Shown: positions 33,701-43,700 of the stretch, in pieces
How positions within the stretch are numbered: the first letter of the stretch is position 1
Layout of the letters: the number at the start of each line of letters is the position of its first letter
Source of the DNA: a virus
Taxonomy: Duplodnaviria > Caudoviricetes
Length of the DNA: 62,437 bases
Direction: 5' to 3' (one strand)
Virus record (IMG/VR): IMGVR_UViG_3300021425_000035
Span: 1-62,437 of that record
The notes under the pieces: model-generated
What the model was told of the DNA's origin: nothing
Seen by the model: only the letters and a program-made list of their open reading frames with translations
The model's database searches: none
Translations under genes and position numbers: made by a program

Positions 33701-36700
33701 TGAACCTTCATCATACGAAACTGTATTTACATCCCCAGTCCACTTTGAGTTTTCAATTGGGGGATAACCTGCTGGAAATAAAATTACTCCACTTAGGTTG
33801 CCATTTGAATCTGTTACTAATGGAGAATTAAAAGTAGATAAAGAGTTGCCTGCAACGCCAGTAAAGATAGTATCGGGAACAGCCCATCTGTTGATATTTC
33901 TACCATCAACGTAAACATTAATATTAGTATTTGCTTTTAATCTTTGTACTTTAAACTTAATAGGGATAGATCTAGCAAAGAATTGTAGTGAAGATGCAAT
34001 ACTATTATTATTTACAGTTTTTGAGTTTATTCCTTTGCCAATTTCATTATTTTGAGGATTGACATTGGAAGAACTTGCAATAGATGCTTGTTGGACTGAT
34101 GCGCTAATACTCTCACTTGCTACTGAGGCAAATGAATTGATATTTAAAAACGAAGCATTTGTACCCACCCAATTAACTATGAACGAATTGCAAATACTTG
34201 AAAGAGATTCTTTTACTTCATCTTTTGCTTGGAAAATAGTAAAATGGCTTGTATTATTATTTACCGCTAATGGAGCCACAGTGATGTCGTACCACTGATC
34301 AATTATTGGAGTAATATTACAATCGCCAACATATTGAACTACTACAAATGGATTTGGATTAATAGTTTTAGTAGCATATTCATTACCCAATACTTTAATA
34401 GAGTTGAAAGGTAAGGTAACAATATTATCTGATTTTTTATATCCAGCAATAGCACGTTGATCATCTCTAGTATTAATCTCTACTAGATTGAAACTATTTT
34501 CTCTTGTTTGTGGTCTTAGAACTGATTGCTGAGTGTCAATTGAGCATCTATAATCAGGTGATTTAAGATTGCCAATTCCATGAGATTCGAAGTTATCTAC
34601 AATAAAACCACTTTTAAATCTGTCTAAACCAATTTCATCCTTAATTTGCATATTAAGAGCTTGCTGCTCAAGAATGCTGAGAGTTGTATAATACTCTAAA
34701 CGCTCAATACGCTTTTCAAGTTTTCCAATATCCCTCATTGTATATCTACGATTATCAACAGGGATAATTCTTATATCTTTACTATCTACAGTAAATGAAG
34801 GAATGTGAATGTAACAAATTGCAATAGCATCATCAACATTATCTGGTTTAGAAGGATTCATTGAAGAATTACCTTGCTTAACAATAAACTCTCCTTTTTT
34901 ATTTAAGAAAATGCCATCAATGCGATCAAGATATTGGGTTTCACTAAATGATACTGTATACTCTAAATTAATATCGGATGCTGGAGTTGCTGATATAACA
35001 CCACCATCATCAATGAAGTTTACATAACTCTTTCCTTCTGGGTTTGTAAAAATAGAGACATCTTGGAAACCAGTAATTGTAGTATTAGAATCTACTTTTG
35101 GTCTAAAATCAATAACATCTTTTAATGAAACAATTCCGTGAAGAGCTGAGTTAAATGATGGGATCTCTCCAGCTGGCACTCCTGCCTCATGTAAATACGA
35201 ATCTACCGTACAGAAATCTCCTTGAGAATGCTCAAAGTAATCAAATGCAACTACAAGTTGACCAACTGGAGCATCAAATCCTGGTTTTAAAACAATTCTG
35301 GAAACATCATACAACGTATCTCTTTGACCATCATCAAAAGTAAATTTATATGTAATGTCAGTACCACTAATTAATTGACCACTAGCGTCAACATTTGGAG
35401 GAGTAGTAGAAGTACCTTCATATACATATCTCAGTTTATATGCATCGGAATAAGAATAAACCTGAATTGTCTCCTCGTCGTAATCATTACCTCTCAATGG
35501 AATTACTCTATCTCCACTGGAAGAAACAACAATTCTCTTGTTCTTAATTGCAGTTTTTAATCTAGGCTTTCCTTTATCAATTTCTACAGTAGCAGTTAGT
35601 TTCAATTTTGGATAGTTAATTAAACCAGTTCCAAAATAACTATCTGGTAAATTAATTACTGCAGATCCAGTAGTAATCCCAGTAGAATCTGATGTTGGGT
35701 TGTTTAAAGTAACAAACTCGGGGGCAACATAAATTATGTCACCAGATTCAACAAGAGTAGAATCACCGCTATCTAAAACAGTTAGAACGAAAGAATTCTC
35801 CGAATAAGTAACGAATCTTTGGAAACCAGTTCCTAGTTGTGCAGTAAATGTTAAAGTTCCTCCACTTGAAGATAAATCTGTTGTGAAATCTTTACGGATA
35901 TAATATTTAATTTTTGTATCTGATGTATCTTTAACTAATGATGCTATTTGCTTACTTCCCGTTGGATAAATTAATGACGAAGTAACATTTTGAATATTTG
36001 GTCTAATTCTAACAACACTAGTGTTTACAATATCTTGAGGTAGTGAGTAATCTAAATAAATTCTGGATTTGTATACACCTTGTGCATCTGATGTATACTG
36101 CACGATATTTTTTACAACCTGATTAGTTACATCAGTAAATTGTACAATATCTCCTTGAATTAAATCTTTTGCTAAATTTGCTCCAAATCCATTACACTCA
36201 ATAAAACGATCGCCTTGCTTACCTGAAAAAGTGAAATTTGTTATTTGCTTATAAGCAGAGTATTCTGCTTTGTTAAAATCAATATCTGCAGTAAATTTGT
36301 AATTATTGTAGTTGGAATGTAGTGATTTTACATTTTGTGGGGTGTATGTTAATACAGAATTTTTAAATAGTACTGGTACAATAACTGCATAATTTGATGA
36401 AGAGTCAGGCTGCGGAGATGCAGTTACAACTGGAGGTGCGGCGTATTCTTTTTTTAGAGCATTTCTATCTTTAATATTAATTTTATAGATAGATCCTCCA
36501 ATTAATTCTGGAGTAACTTTACTAGAATTTATTGCATCGCCATCAATAATTAATTCAGAATCTGTAGTATAACCATTGCCACGGTTCGTTACGATAAAGT
36601 GAGAAATAGTATTGTCCCTAGCAATTTTTAAACTATTTCCATCTTCATCTGAAATAGTTTCCCCCGAGATAAATTCCCCAGAAAGTACACTAACAAATAG

Positions 36701-38785
36701 TATGTTGCCGCTGCTATAATTTTCTGTAGTGTCTGATTCGATTACACCATATGCATTACTTGTTTTGCCGACAACATACTTGCCAACACCAAATCCGATT
36801 GATGAGGATTCTTCTAAAGTAATTTTAGTGAAGAAAATGGGATTAAAATACGAGAAATTAAATATTCCACTATATGGTCTATTGTTAATACCACTTCTTC
36901 CTCTTGATACAACAATATCAGTATCTTGATTAAATCCCAGTGCTCTGTCAGAAAGAGTAAAATTCTTTGGTTTTGTGATTCCAATTACTGGGGTAATTGT
37001 AGTATTGTAATCAACAATTGTTCCGTAATAACCAGATGAACCAGCTAAAGCATCAGCTTCTGTTTCAAAAAGTAATCGTATTTTGCCTGCACCACCATCA
37101 TCATATTCTAAGAAATAAGTATCTAAAATAGATTTATCTCCTTTGATCGTAAACTCTACAAAGAATTGTCCAGATGATGTCGAAACATCATTTCTCTTGC
37201 ATATAGAACTTGATATCACATCCACATAATCTACTGAAGATGGTTCTCCACCACTTCTGGTTTTGATATACCATAATTTATCAGGATACTCATTTCTAGA
37301 ATTTGGTAAAACATTTGCTACCTGAACATAAATTGTTTTTAGACCATCAGCTAAAGTAAATGATTGTGCTCTTCTTGATTTTGTTAATTTAAAATAAGAA
37401 TCATCTTCTTGGCCATTTAATCCAATCGAACCATCATTAAATACACAATTTAAATAAACATCAGGATAAGCAGTTAAATCTCCTGCAACATTATTAAGAG
37501 GAACACTACCGTAAACATTGGAAATTTTAAAACTAGAAGAACCTTTGGATTTAATAGTTACATTATCTCTTGTTAAGGTATCTCTTGCCTTATCGATTTC
37601 TAGATACTTGGTTTCTTTATTTACAATTTCAAAACCACGAATATATGCTTTTCCTGGTCCAATATTAGCAACCATTTTTCTGGATGCTTCTACTTCACTA
37701 ATTCCATTTACTAAACCAGATTCCGCTAATTTGTACAACCCATTGTTATTATTGTTTTGATAATACTCTCTAATATCAATTGAAAAATCTTTTACTACAT
37801 AGTCTCCCGACTCATCAAAAGTTCTTCTAGCTAAAGTCTCTTCAAGTAAAGTATAATCGGCAGGCTTTACCTGTTTTTCCACAATACCATTCTTAATTTG
37901 AATCAACTGAATGAAATTTTTGTCAGTTAACTCATTATAGGTATATTTTTTTAGATCGAGAGAAATTTTTAATCTATGTGCTCCAGGAGCACTAAAGTTA
38001 GAAAATCCTCTAGCATTATCATATAAAGAAGCATCTTCTTCTGGGGTTACAATGTCCTCGATAATATTAAATCCAACCTTTGCGGATGGCTTATCATAAT
38101 ACTTATCTATGATTAAAAGTTGCTGCTCATTCCTTACAAAATAACCATTAACATAATAAATACCCTCTTCAACCTTTAGTGCAGTGGCGAATCCCATTGC
38201 TGGGCTTGTTAATGATGTAGTTTCTTCTGTATCTGGATTAAACGCAGAAATAGTTGTAGGCATTACACTTCCATCAGTGCCAACAACTAATAAAGGAGTA
38301 TTTACTCCGCCAACTACTTCTAAAGTTTCTCCTTGTCTGAATGTAGATTCATTTCCAGCATCGCCACTATTTACATAGTTAACAAAAATTGTATCCGCTT
38401 CTTCTGTAGTAGCATATTCGGTTTCTACGACAACTCCAGTTACTCCAGAATTAATACCACGAAGAGTAGATCCAACTAAATTTTTGATATCATATTTTTT
38501 GAATACAATTGATCCATTTTCATTTACAGCAACTTCAGAAACTGAAGATAGTTTGACATAATTTAATTTCGTATTCAGACCAATCTCACCAGGAATTACA
38601 AGCTGTCCCTGTTTAAATTGAAACTTAGCATAGTTCTCAATTTGATTTTGCAGGATTGATTGTAGAGAAGTTAATTCTCTGGTTTGTATAGAATACCCAG
38701 GTCTGAAGAGAACTTTATAAAAATTCTTTTGCGGATCAAAGTCGTCAAAATATGGTGATACGTTAAGATTTGTCTTCTGTGGCAT
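30731..38785 (-). CDS. VrlC-like (DUF4815) large virion structural protein (2684 aa)
   Basis: 'TNLNVSPYFDDFD..KNFYKVLFRPG', 'APGAHRLKI', 'LARRTFDESGDY', 'RYTMRDIGKLEKRIERLEYYT', 'PLAQTF', C-term 'PKIQDLRAVAS'. Confidence 0.85.
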   Translation of the reverse strand: MPQKTNLNVSPYFDDFDPQKNFYKVLFRPGYSIQTRELTSLQSILQNQIENYAKFQFKQGQLVIPGEIGLNTKLNYVKLSSVSEVAVNENGSIVFKKYDIKNLVGSTLRGINSGVTGVVVETEYATTEEADTIFVNYVNSGDAGNESTFRQGETLEVVGGVNTPLLVVGTDGSVMPTTISAFNPDTEETTSLTSPAMGFATALKVEEGIYYVNGYFVRNEQQLLIIDKYYDKPSAKVGFNIIEDIVTPEEDASLYDNARGFSNFSAPGAHRLKISLDLKKYTYNELTDKNFIQLIQIKNGIVEKQVKPADYTLLEETLARRTFDESGDYVVKDFSIDIREYYQNNNNNGLYKLAESGLVNGISEVEASRKMVANIGPGKAYIRGFEIVNKETKYLEIDKARDTLTRDNVTIKSKGSSSFKISNVYGSVPLNNVAGDLTAYPDVYLNCVFNDGSIGLNGQEDDSYFKLTKSRRAQSFTLADGLKTIYVQVANVLPNSRNEYPDKLWYIKTRSGGEPSSVDYVDVISSSICKRNDVSTSSGQFFVEFTIKGDKSILDTYFLEYDDGGAGKIRLLFETEADALAGSSGYYGTIVDYNTTITPVIGITKPKNFTLSDRALGFNQDTDIVVSRGRSGINNRPYSGIFNFSYFNPIFFTKITLEESSSIGFGVGKYVVGKTSNAYGVIESDTTENYSSGNILFVSVLSGEFISGETISDEDGNSLKIARDNTISHFIVTNRGNGYTTDSELIIDGDAINSSKVTPELIGGSIYKINIKDRNALKKEYAAPPVVTASPQPDSSSNYAVIVPVLFKNSVLTYTPQNVKSLHSNYNNYKFTADIDFNKAEYSAYKQITNFTFSGKQGDRFIECNGFGANLAKDLIQGDIVQFTDVTNQVVKNIVQYTSDAQGVYKSRIYLDYSLPQDIVNTSVVRIRPNIQNVTSSLIYPTGSKQIASLVKDTSDTKIKYYIRKDFTTDLSSSGGTLTFTAQLGTGFQRFVTYSENSFVLTVLDSGDSTLVESGDIIYVAPEFVTLNNPTSDSTGITTGSAVINLPDSYFGTGLINYPKLKLTATVEIDKGKPRLKTAIKNKRIVVSSSGDRVIPLRGNDYDEETIQVYSYSDAYKLRYVYEGTSTTPPNVDASGQLISGTDITYKFTFDDGQRDTLYDVSRIVLKPGFDAPVGQLVVAFDYFEHSQGDFCTVDSYLHEAGVPAGEIPSFNSALHGIVSLKDVIDFRPKVDSNTTITGFQDVSIFTNPEGKSYVNFIDDGGVISATPASDINLEYTVSFSETQYLDRIDGIFLNKKGEFIVKQGNSSMNPSKPDNVDDAIAICYIHIPSFTVDSKDIRIIPVDNRRYTMRDIGKLEKRIERLEYYTTLSILEQQALNMQIKDEIGLDRFKSGFIVDNFESHGIGNLKSPDYRCSIDTQQSVLRPQTRENSFNLVEINTRDDQRAIAGYKKSDNIVTLPFNSIKVLGNEYATKTINPNPFVVVQYVGDCNITPIIDQWYDITVAPLAVNNNTSHFTIFQAKDEVKESLSSICNSFIVNWVGTNASFLNINSFASVASESISASVQQASIASSSNVNPQNNEIGKGINSKTVNNNSIASSLQFFARSIPIKFKVQRLKANTNINVYVDGRNINRWAVPDTIFTGVAGNSLSTFNSPLVTDSNGNLSGVILFPAGYPPIENSKWTGDVNTVSYDEGSEEIRFTSGEKTITFASTPEYSEKLNSDTYAEIKFYSSGITPENPPSIISTSVAYFKANEGVQLVNSNTDQESKPNPLAQTFKIENFAGGMFTTGVDLFFNKKDSSVPIRVYLTNIDTGKPGKYVIPGSESVMYPETYLRVYLTGDSDTISIRKNEFIKGKNSNATGPILKVYDKNNILVGDENSVQFQLNKEQVYTLVLSNNNGGSFLQNEPLEIPSVTEFNNTRNKNAVLTIAKDSGKVVDLKVTNVGDNYESATIVIESPQLPGGSTATGTVSVSDFKIYNAEISLSGRGYTEAPSVVIKGIGSGAGEAVIQSVIEIDTPAVRMGIATDEFSDTKSIVPTRFNFKHPVYLQNDSEYALTVETDSINYEIWASRLGETEISTSTTVNSQPLLGSVYKSQNTDNWTEDLFEDIKFTLYRAEFDITRPAELLLTNKDLGYELLDSNPFETSVRSGTNATSNLFKNNNSIVKVNHRDHGFEGTGKSYVFFRNAETVGGISSASLNALLFEVTNSGIDSYNIISPNRAGSSVVGGGKKVLASYNRKYEKLYAQISYLQLEGTTIDSFVKTTNITPVDSTSINFPSYTQTDYEKTFLNQEHFFSNQKIVASRINETVNSIDKSLEYKVNLSSSISYLSPVIDLNTCSVKMSTNRVENSTGYEDRFGKRYQKLKFSSLYNIGLVIVGSSNQLVPGTILTGETSKATGTILNYADNVALVILNTSVVFKSNEQLIASTSSGVRITSANLSVSSVAEQLFNFSENADLIAHYPENVNTDYANTINGKIISWDSKDKELIVENSYLPISNNYTSPITKGSVFVRQSTNQSQDIFRVGDIVKTGDGRYVEVSSMEFTTGVDFTPETSAKNTSSLAKYVSKEVAINSPGTTIDVRITANVKDRENVKVLYRIKEASLQSNFEDINWKYFNLDGSPDNDDLATAENSISAIVEKQSSYQEFRYSVADLPEFTSFAIKIVMKSDDPAYAPKIQDLRAVASF

Positions 38786-38825
38786 CGTAAATGAATCTCT
38801 CTACTTGGAACCTATTTCCCTATCT

Positions 38826-38833
38826 TATTTATC
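38826..38833 (-). promoter_or_regulatory. Late promoter variant GATAAATA
   Basis: Intergenic, 40 nt upstream of ATG 38785. Confidence 0.55.
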
Positions 38834-38842
38834 AGTAAAGAT

Positions 38843-38872
38843 AAAAAAAAATCTCCCCGTAAGGAGAGATTT
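38843..38872 (-). terminator. Rho-independent terminator after gp8
   Basis: Minus strand ATCTCTCC-TTAC-GGGGAGAT followed by T8. Confidence 0.8.
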
Positions 38873-38888
38873 GATAAGTAATTTTAAA

Positions 38889-40724
38889 TCAGAACTCAAT
38901 TACGAGTTTGATATCTTCGATTTGGTCTGGTGCTCTGGTGATTAGTCTTCTGTTTTCAACATAAATCATTTCACCACTGTTTGAAGCAATCTCTGGATTT
39001 GCAAGACCACTTGTAAATGATAGGCCGTCAGGATTAGCTACAGTATATTGAGTATCAACATTACCACTAGTAAAAGATCCAGCACCAGTAATAGCATTGG
39101 CACCATTTGACTCAAAAGCTCTAACTACGCCAGCATCTTTGTGGAGATCTGGAGATTGGATATACTTAAGGACACCATTAGTTGTGCTACCAGAATCAAG
39201 TACCCAAGAAACTACAGTACCATAAGCAGTGCCGCCAGTTACAGTTTGTGAAATTGTTTCATCAGAATTGAAATCTGCAGATGCACCAGTAATTTTAACT
39301 GCATAAAGACCATTAACAGCGTCTGCGGTTGCGAATGTAGTAGTTCCATAAATATATGGATCTTTAAGAATACCAATTCTACGGAAATCATTATCAACTG
39401 GGAAATCTCCCGAACCTTCTGCATATGTTAGACGAATATTTGTCATAACACGCTTAGCATTTAGTTCAATTTCCATGTTTGAACCATGACCACCTTGAGG
39501 TGGAATAATTGGTTCTAATGCTCCAGTTGCGGTTGCACCAACCGCAACGGATGCAGTTAAACCAGCATCACTAAACAAACCGTAAGCAGTTGCTCCAGAA
39601 CCAGTACCAGTTACGAGAGGAACTGATGCGTAAGTGTAACCACTACCAGGAGTTGTTACTGTTGCTGAAACAAGAGCACCAGCAGTAACTACAATTTGAA
39701 CAACACCATTGCTGCCATCACCAATAATAGGAGCATAATGTGTGCCATTTGGAAGATTAGCACCAGCACTTTCTATTAATACAACATCTACTGCACCATC
39801 AACTGCAGCTGCTTCTGTTGCCTGACGAGTTGTGTCAGTAGGAGCAACAATTGGCATAAAATCAGTTGAGAAGAAACGAATTACATCATTTGTGGATAGA
39901 GTAAACAAATACTTCCAGATGTAACCAGCATTACCTGCTTCTTCAGTGAAAATGCCAGCTGCATATGAACCTTGGCCAGCTGAAGGTGTGGTTTTTGGCT
40001 CATTAGTTGCATTTTGCCCAGTTGGATTTGCTGGGTTCTCTCCATTATAGAGGCACTTAAATACCTCATACTGGGAGTTGATTACATAGAACTTAGCTTC
40101 ACCAATTGAAGTAACTCCAGTTGCTGCCTGCTTACCAACTTGACCGCCGCTAGCTGGGGTAGCAGAGTAGTCAGGCTTCCACATATCAAACTTAGGATTA
40201 GCAACTAAATCCCAGTTATAACGACGAATAACTGCACGAGCAAATTCTGGGGTAATTCTTTTTGCTGCAATAATATCGTCGTAAATATCAAACTTTTCTT
40301 TTTGGTTGTCTAGAGGCACTGGTGGAATTTCTTCCGCCGCATATCTGTAAACACCAGCAATTGCAGTAGCACCAGTATCAGCGGTGCCATTGTAACCTTT
40401 TAAGGTTGCACCTGCACCTGGAACTGAAGAAGTTGTTGGACCAACACTATTAAGAAGTAAACTATCTTCGTAAACTGCTTTAATGGTTGCCTTAAAAGTA
40501 GGTGCAGCAGTATATGAAGCACCAACATAAACTTCATTCCCAACAGCAAATGCAGTTGCTGATTTATTGTAAATTTCTACGTATGAATCCCAATCCTGTG
40601 GACGACCAACAAAAAAGTACATTCTGGTACGGTCGGAACCAGTGTCGGTAGAACCTTCCGATAGAGACTCTAGAAATTGTTTAGCATTGAAAATTCTAAA
40701 CTTATCTGAGATAATAGCAGCCAT
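38889..40724 (-). CDS. gp8: Baseplate wedge subunit gp8
   Basis: 'MAAIISDKFRIFNAKQFLESL', 'FYVINSQYEVFKCLYN', 'GYIWKYL', 'NDFRRIGIL', C-term 'QIEDIKLVIEF'; synteny gp25-gp6-gp7-gp8. Confidence 0.9.
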   Translation of the reverse strand: MAAIISDKFRIFNAKQFLESLSEGSTDTGSDRTRMYFFVGRPQDWDSYVEIYNKSATAFAVGNEVYVGASYTAAPTFKATIKAVYEDSLLLNSVGPTTSSVPGAGATLKGYNGTADTGATAIAGVYRYAAEEIPPVPLDNQKEKFDIYDDIIAAKRITPEFARAVIRRYNWDLVANPKFDMWKPDYSATPASGGQVGKQAATGVTSIGEAKFYVINSQYEVFKCLYNGENPANPTGQNATNEPKTTPSAGQGSYAAGIFTEEAGNAGYIWKYLFTLSTNDVIRFFSTDFMPIVAPTDTTRQATEAAAVDGAVDVVLIESAGANLPNGTHYAPIIGDGSNGVVQIVVTAGALVSATVTTPGSGYTYASVPLVTGTGSGATAYGLFSDAGLTASVAVGATATGALEPIIPPQGGHGSNMEIELNAKRVMTNIRLTYAEGSGDFPVDNDFRRIGILKDPYIYGTTTFATADAVNGLYAVKITGASADFNSDETISQTVTGGTAYGTVVSWVLDSGSTTNGVLKYIQSPDLHKDAGVVRAFESNGANAITGAGSFTSGNVDTQYTVANPDGLSFTSGLANPEIASNSGEMIYVENRRLITRAPDQIEDIKLVIEF

Positions 40725-40761
40725 TTAATTAATCTCTCTAGTGAAAACGTTTCTTCTGACT

Positions 40762-40775
40762 TATTTATATTTATA
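40762..40775 (-). promoter_or_regulatory. Two overlapping late promoters TATAAATA
   Basis: tatttata at 40762-40769 and 40768-40775, upstream of gp8. Confidence 0.75.
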
Positions 40776-40779
40776 AAAA

Positions 40780-43700
40780 TCAAAATGATCTTAAATATGT
40801 ATTTTGTGTGTGAGAAGCAGCTATAGTATTATCAGCTCCTCTTACCAAACCAAGTAAAGTATTCCCATTCTTCGATGTATATTCTATAATTTCTTTATCT
40901 ATAATAATTCTTCCAAATTCTGGGAATGCAAAAGAATTAGCAATAGTCATTTCTACATCTAGATCAGAAATACTATTAGTCAAAGTTGTTCCAACCTCAT
41001 TTATAGATGGGCCAGCAAAATTAACATAGTCTCCAGATAAAGCAATTGAAGAGTATTTTCTTTGTTCAAAATCAAGAATAGAAATATTTGAATATGCTGT
41101 GTCAAACTCTAGAATTGTTCCATTAACTGCAAATGCTCCAGTGTTAATAAAGGCAAGATTTTCAAAAGCAGTAATAGTATGACCAGCGTTTCCTAATGTA
41201 TAACCTTGATAGAAAGGATCTCTATCTAGACTATCATTAAGAACTGTAATAGTAGAACCATCTCTTAATGTAATTAAATTAATAGAATTATCTAAAGTGA
41301 GTACACCAGTATCTCTAGTTTGTATTTGATTTGCTAAAATAATATTTTCCGTGTAGAAATCTAAAACTCCAGTTTTATAACTAACTTCTATAGATAATGT
41401 TGTGGAATTGTGTTTTATAGAAGGATCTACTACTTCTGTTTTCAATACTTTCAGCCTTTCAGTGAAAGTATTGTGATCAGACTCTATTGATGTTATTGTC
41501 TGAACCGTGATTGTGCCAACAGGTACAACACTTACGACCTTAGGCAGATGCCTTAAATAATCACCTGCATCATGTGTTTGTGCGGTAGTTCCATCTGCTC
41601 CTCTAGTTACAGATAAAAATCTATCTGTTTTTTTCTTTTCATAATAAACAATTTCTTTACCAATCAATAATCTGCTAGAATCTGGGAATCTTCTAGTATC
41701 TGGTATGTAAACTATGTTGTCAGTTTCAGATAAAGGAGCATCCAAGAATGCGCCAATATCATTAATAGAAGCTGTATCTAGTTGAATAAATGCTTCATTA
41801 ATTTGCTTGCTAATTGTCGAAGTTATTTCTTTATCTACTGAAATAACAGTGGAAGAAGAAACGATATCAGAAGAAACATCTAAATGTCTTACAATTTCTG
41901 GAGAAGCTGTAAGAATATCACAAGAAACAATTATATCTGGCAGTAAAATATAGCACTCGCTAGTTTCTGATATTTTGTTAACCTTAGCTAATTCTTCATC
42001 TGGTTGAATTGTGCATAATAAGTCTTTTGCTACTACAGGAACGTTGCTAAAATCAATAAGAGTAAAAAGAAATGCACCAGCTGGCCCAGAAGAAATAATA
42101 CTTATGTGACTACTTGTAGTTAAAACATCAGCAACTGCTGACGGAGGTGAAATATTTAATACAGTAGTAGTATCAAATTCTCTTGATCTCCCTTTAATTA
42201 TATTGTAGCCTCTAGATACAACTACTTGAGGTGGTTCTGTATATCCATAACCACCATCAATTAAAACTATATCTACAATTTGACCACCTACAGAAATTAC
42301 TTCAGCTTTAGCTCCACCACCACTCTGGGTTCTGGGGACAAAATCAATGATAGGTGAAGTATAATATTGATATGCAGTTGGTTGCAACAATATATTATTA
42401 TTGAAAAATAGTAATAAATCTCTTCTATTCCAATTTAATTTTGTCACAGTGCCATTGACATCAACTTCTGCGGTTATACTTAGACCTTCGCCTCTAACTA
42501 TGTCATTGTAATTTGTGGCTTGTACTCGGGAGTAAATATCTTTAGGTAAGAACTCTCCAATATTATACTGCTTCGTATTTACTAGCTCAGGAATTGATAC
42601 AATTTCTCTAAATTCAGACTCACCATCAATCTTAATTAAGTCGCCAACACTTAAGTTAGAATACAGATTTGTTTTTTCTAAATAAGCATCTTTTCCAAGT
42701 TTTGATCCAAACAACCAAGATGGAACATCAACTTGTAGCTTTCTTATCCCATCATCATCTTCTACATATGAAATTGAGGATGATTTTATTCCAAATAGTA
42801 CAAAATTATCACCAGATTTTGGATTTGTGAAAGTTATATCAGAAGAATCTACTTGATAAAAAGCAGAACACAACAAGGTTAGATTTAAATCACTAGCTCC
42901 AGGAACAAATGATTTTATTTTACCAATGTTATTTCCATTTTGTGAAACTATTACATTATATCCCAAATACTTAGATAACCAAGAATATAAATCTAATAAA
43001 TTTGTAGAGCCATTTATCCTTAAATTGCCTTGTGAATAATATGCATTAGGTTCAAAATCATAAAAAGTTAAAGTTTTTGCTTTATCTCTACCATAGAATA
43101 ATAGAATAGAAACTTTTTGTAAAGTTTGCTTTCCTGACTCATCTTCATAATATTGTAAAGGAGAAGAAAATGTTATATTTGGTCCTACAATGTCGTAAGA
43201 TTTTCCAGGTATTTGCAATACGCCATCTATAAAAACTATCACATACAAAGGATCATCAATTTTAACAACAGTATTTTCTACTTCATCTAAAATTAAGAAA
43301 GGACCAGTTCTTCTATATTTTACAGTTCTGGAATCAATTGTTAATCTTCTATATGATCCAATGCTATAAATAAAACACTTTTCTCTTATTGTAATATCAT
43401 CGGTGCTATCATATAATTCGCCATGACTAATCGGAGGCTCTGTGAAAGCTATCTTATCAGCTACAGTTGGATCTTGTGATCTTATAATTGAATAAGAATT
43501 TCTAAATGGTTCATCTTCTGTGGATCTAGCATTTTGTAAAACTCCATTCAAAGCAACAATGAGTTTTTCATTTGGTAAAGTTTTTACAATAGAACCATTT
43601 TCTTCATACAAATCAAATATTCTTGTTTCGCCGTCAAATTGATCTGAAATATTTTTTATCTTTCTGATGTAAGTAGAGTTTAAAGTATTATCTTTAAACT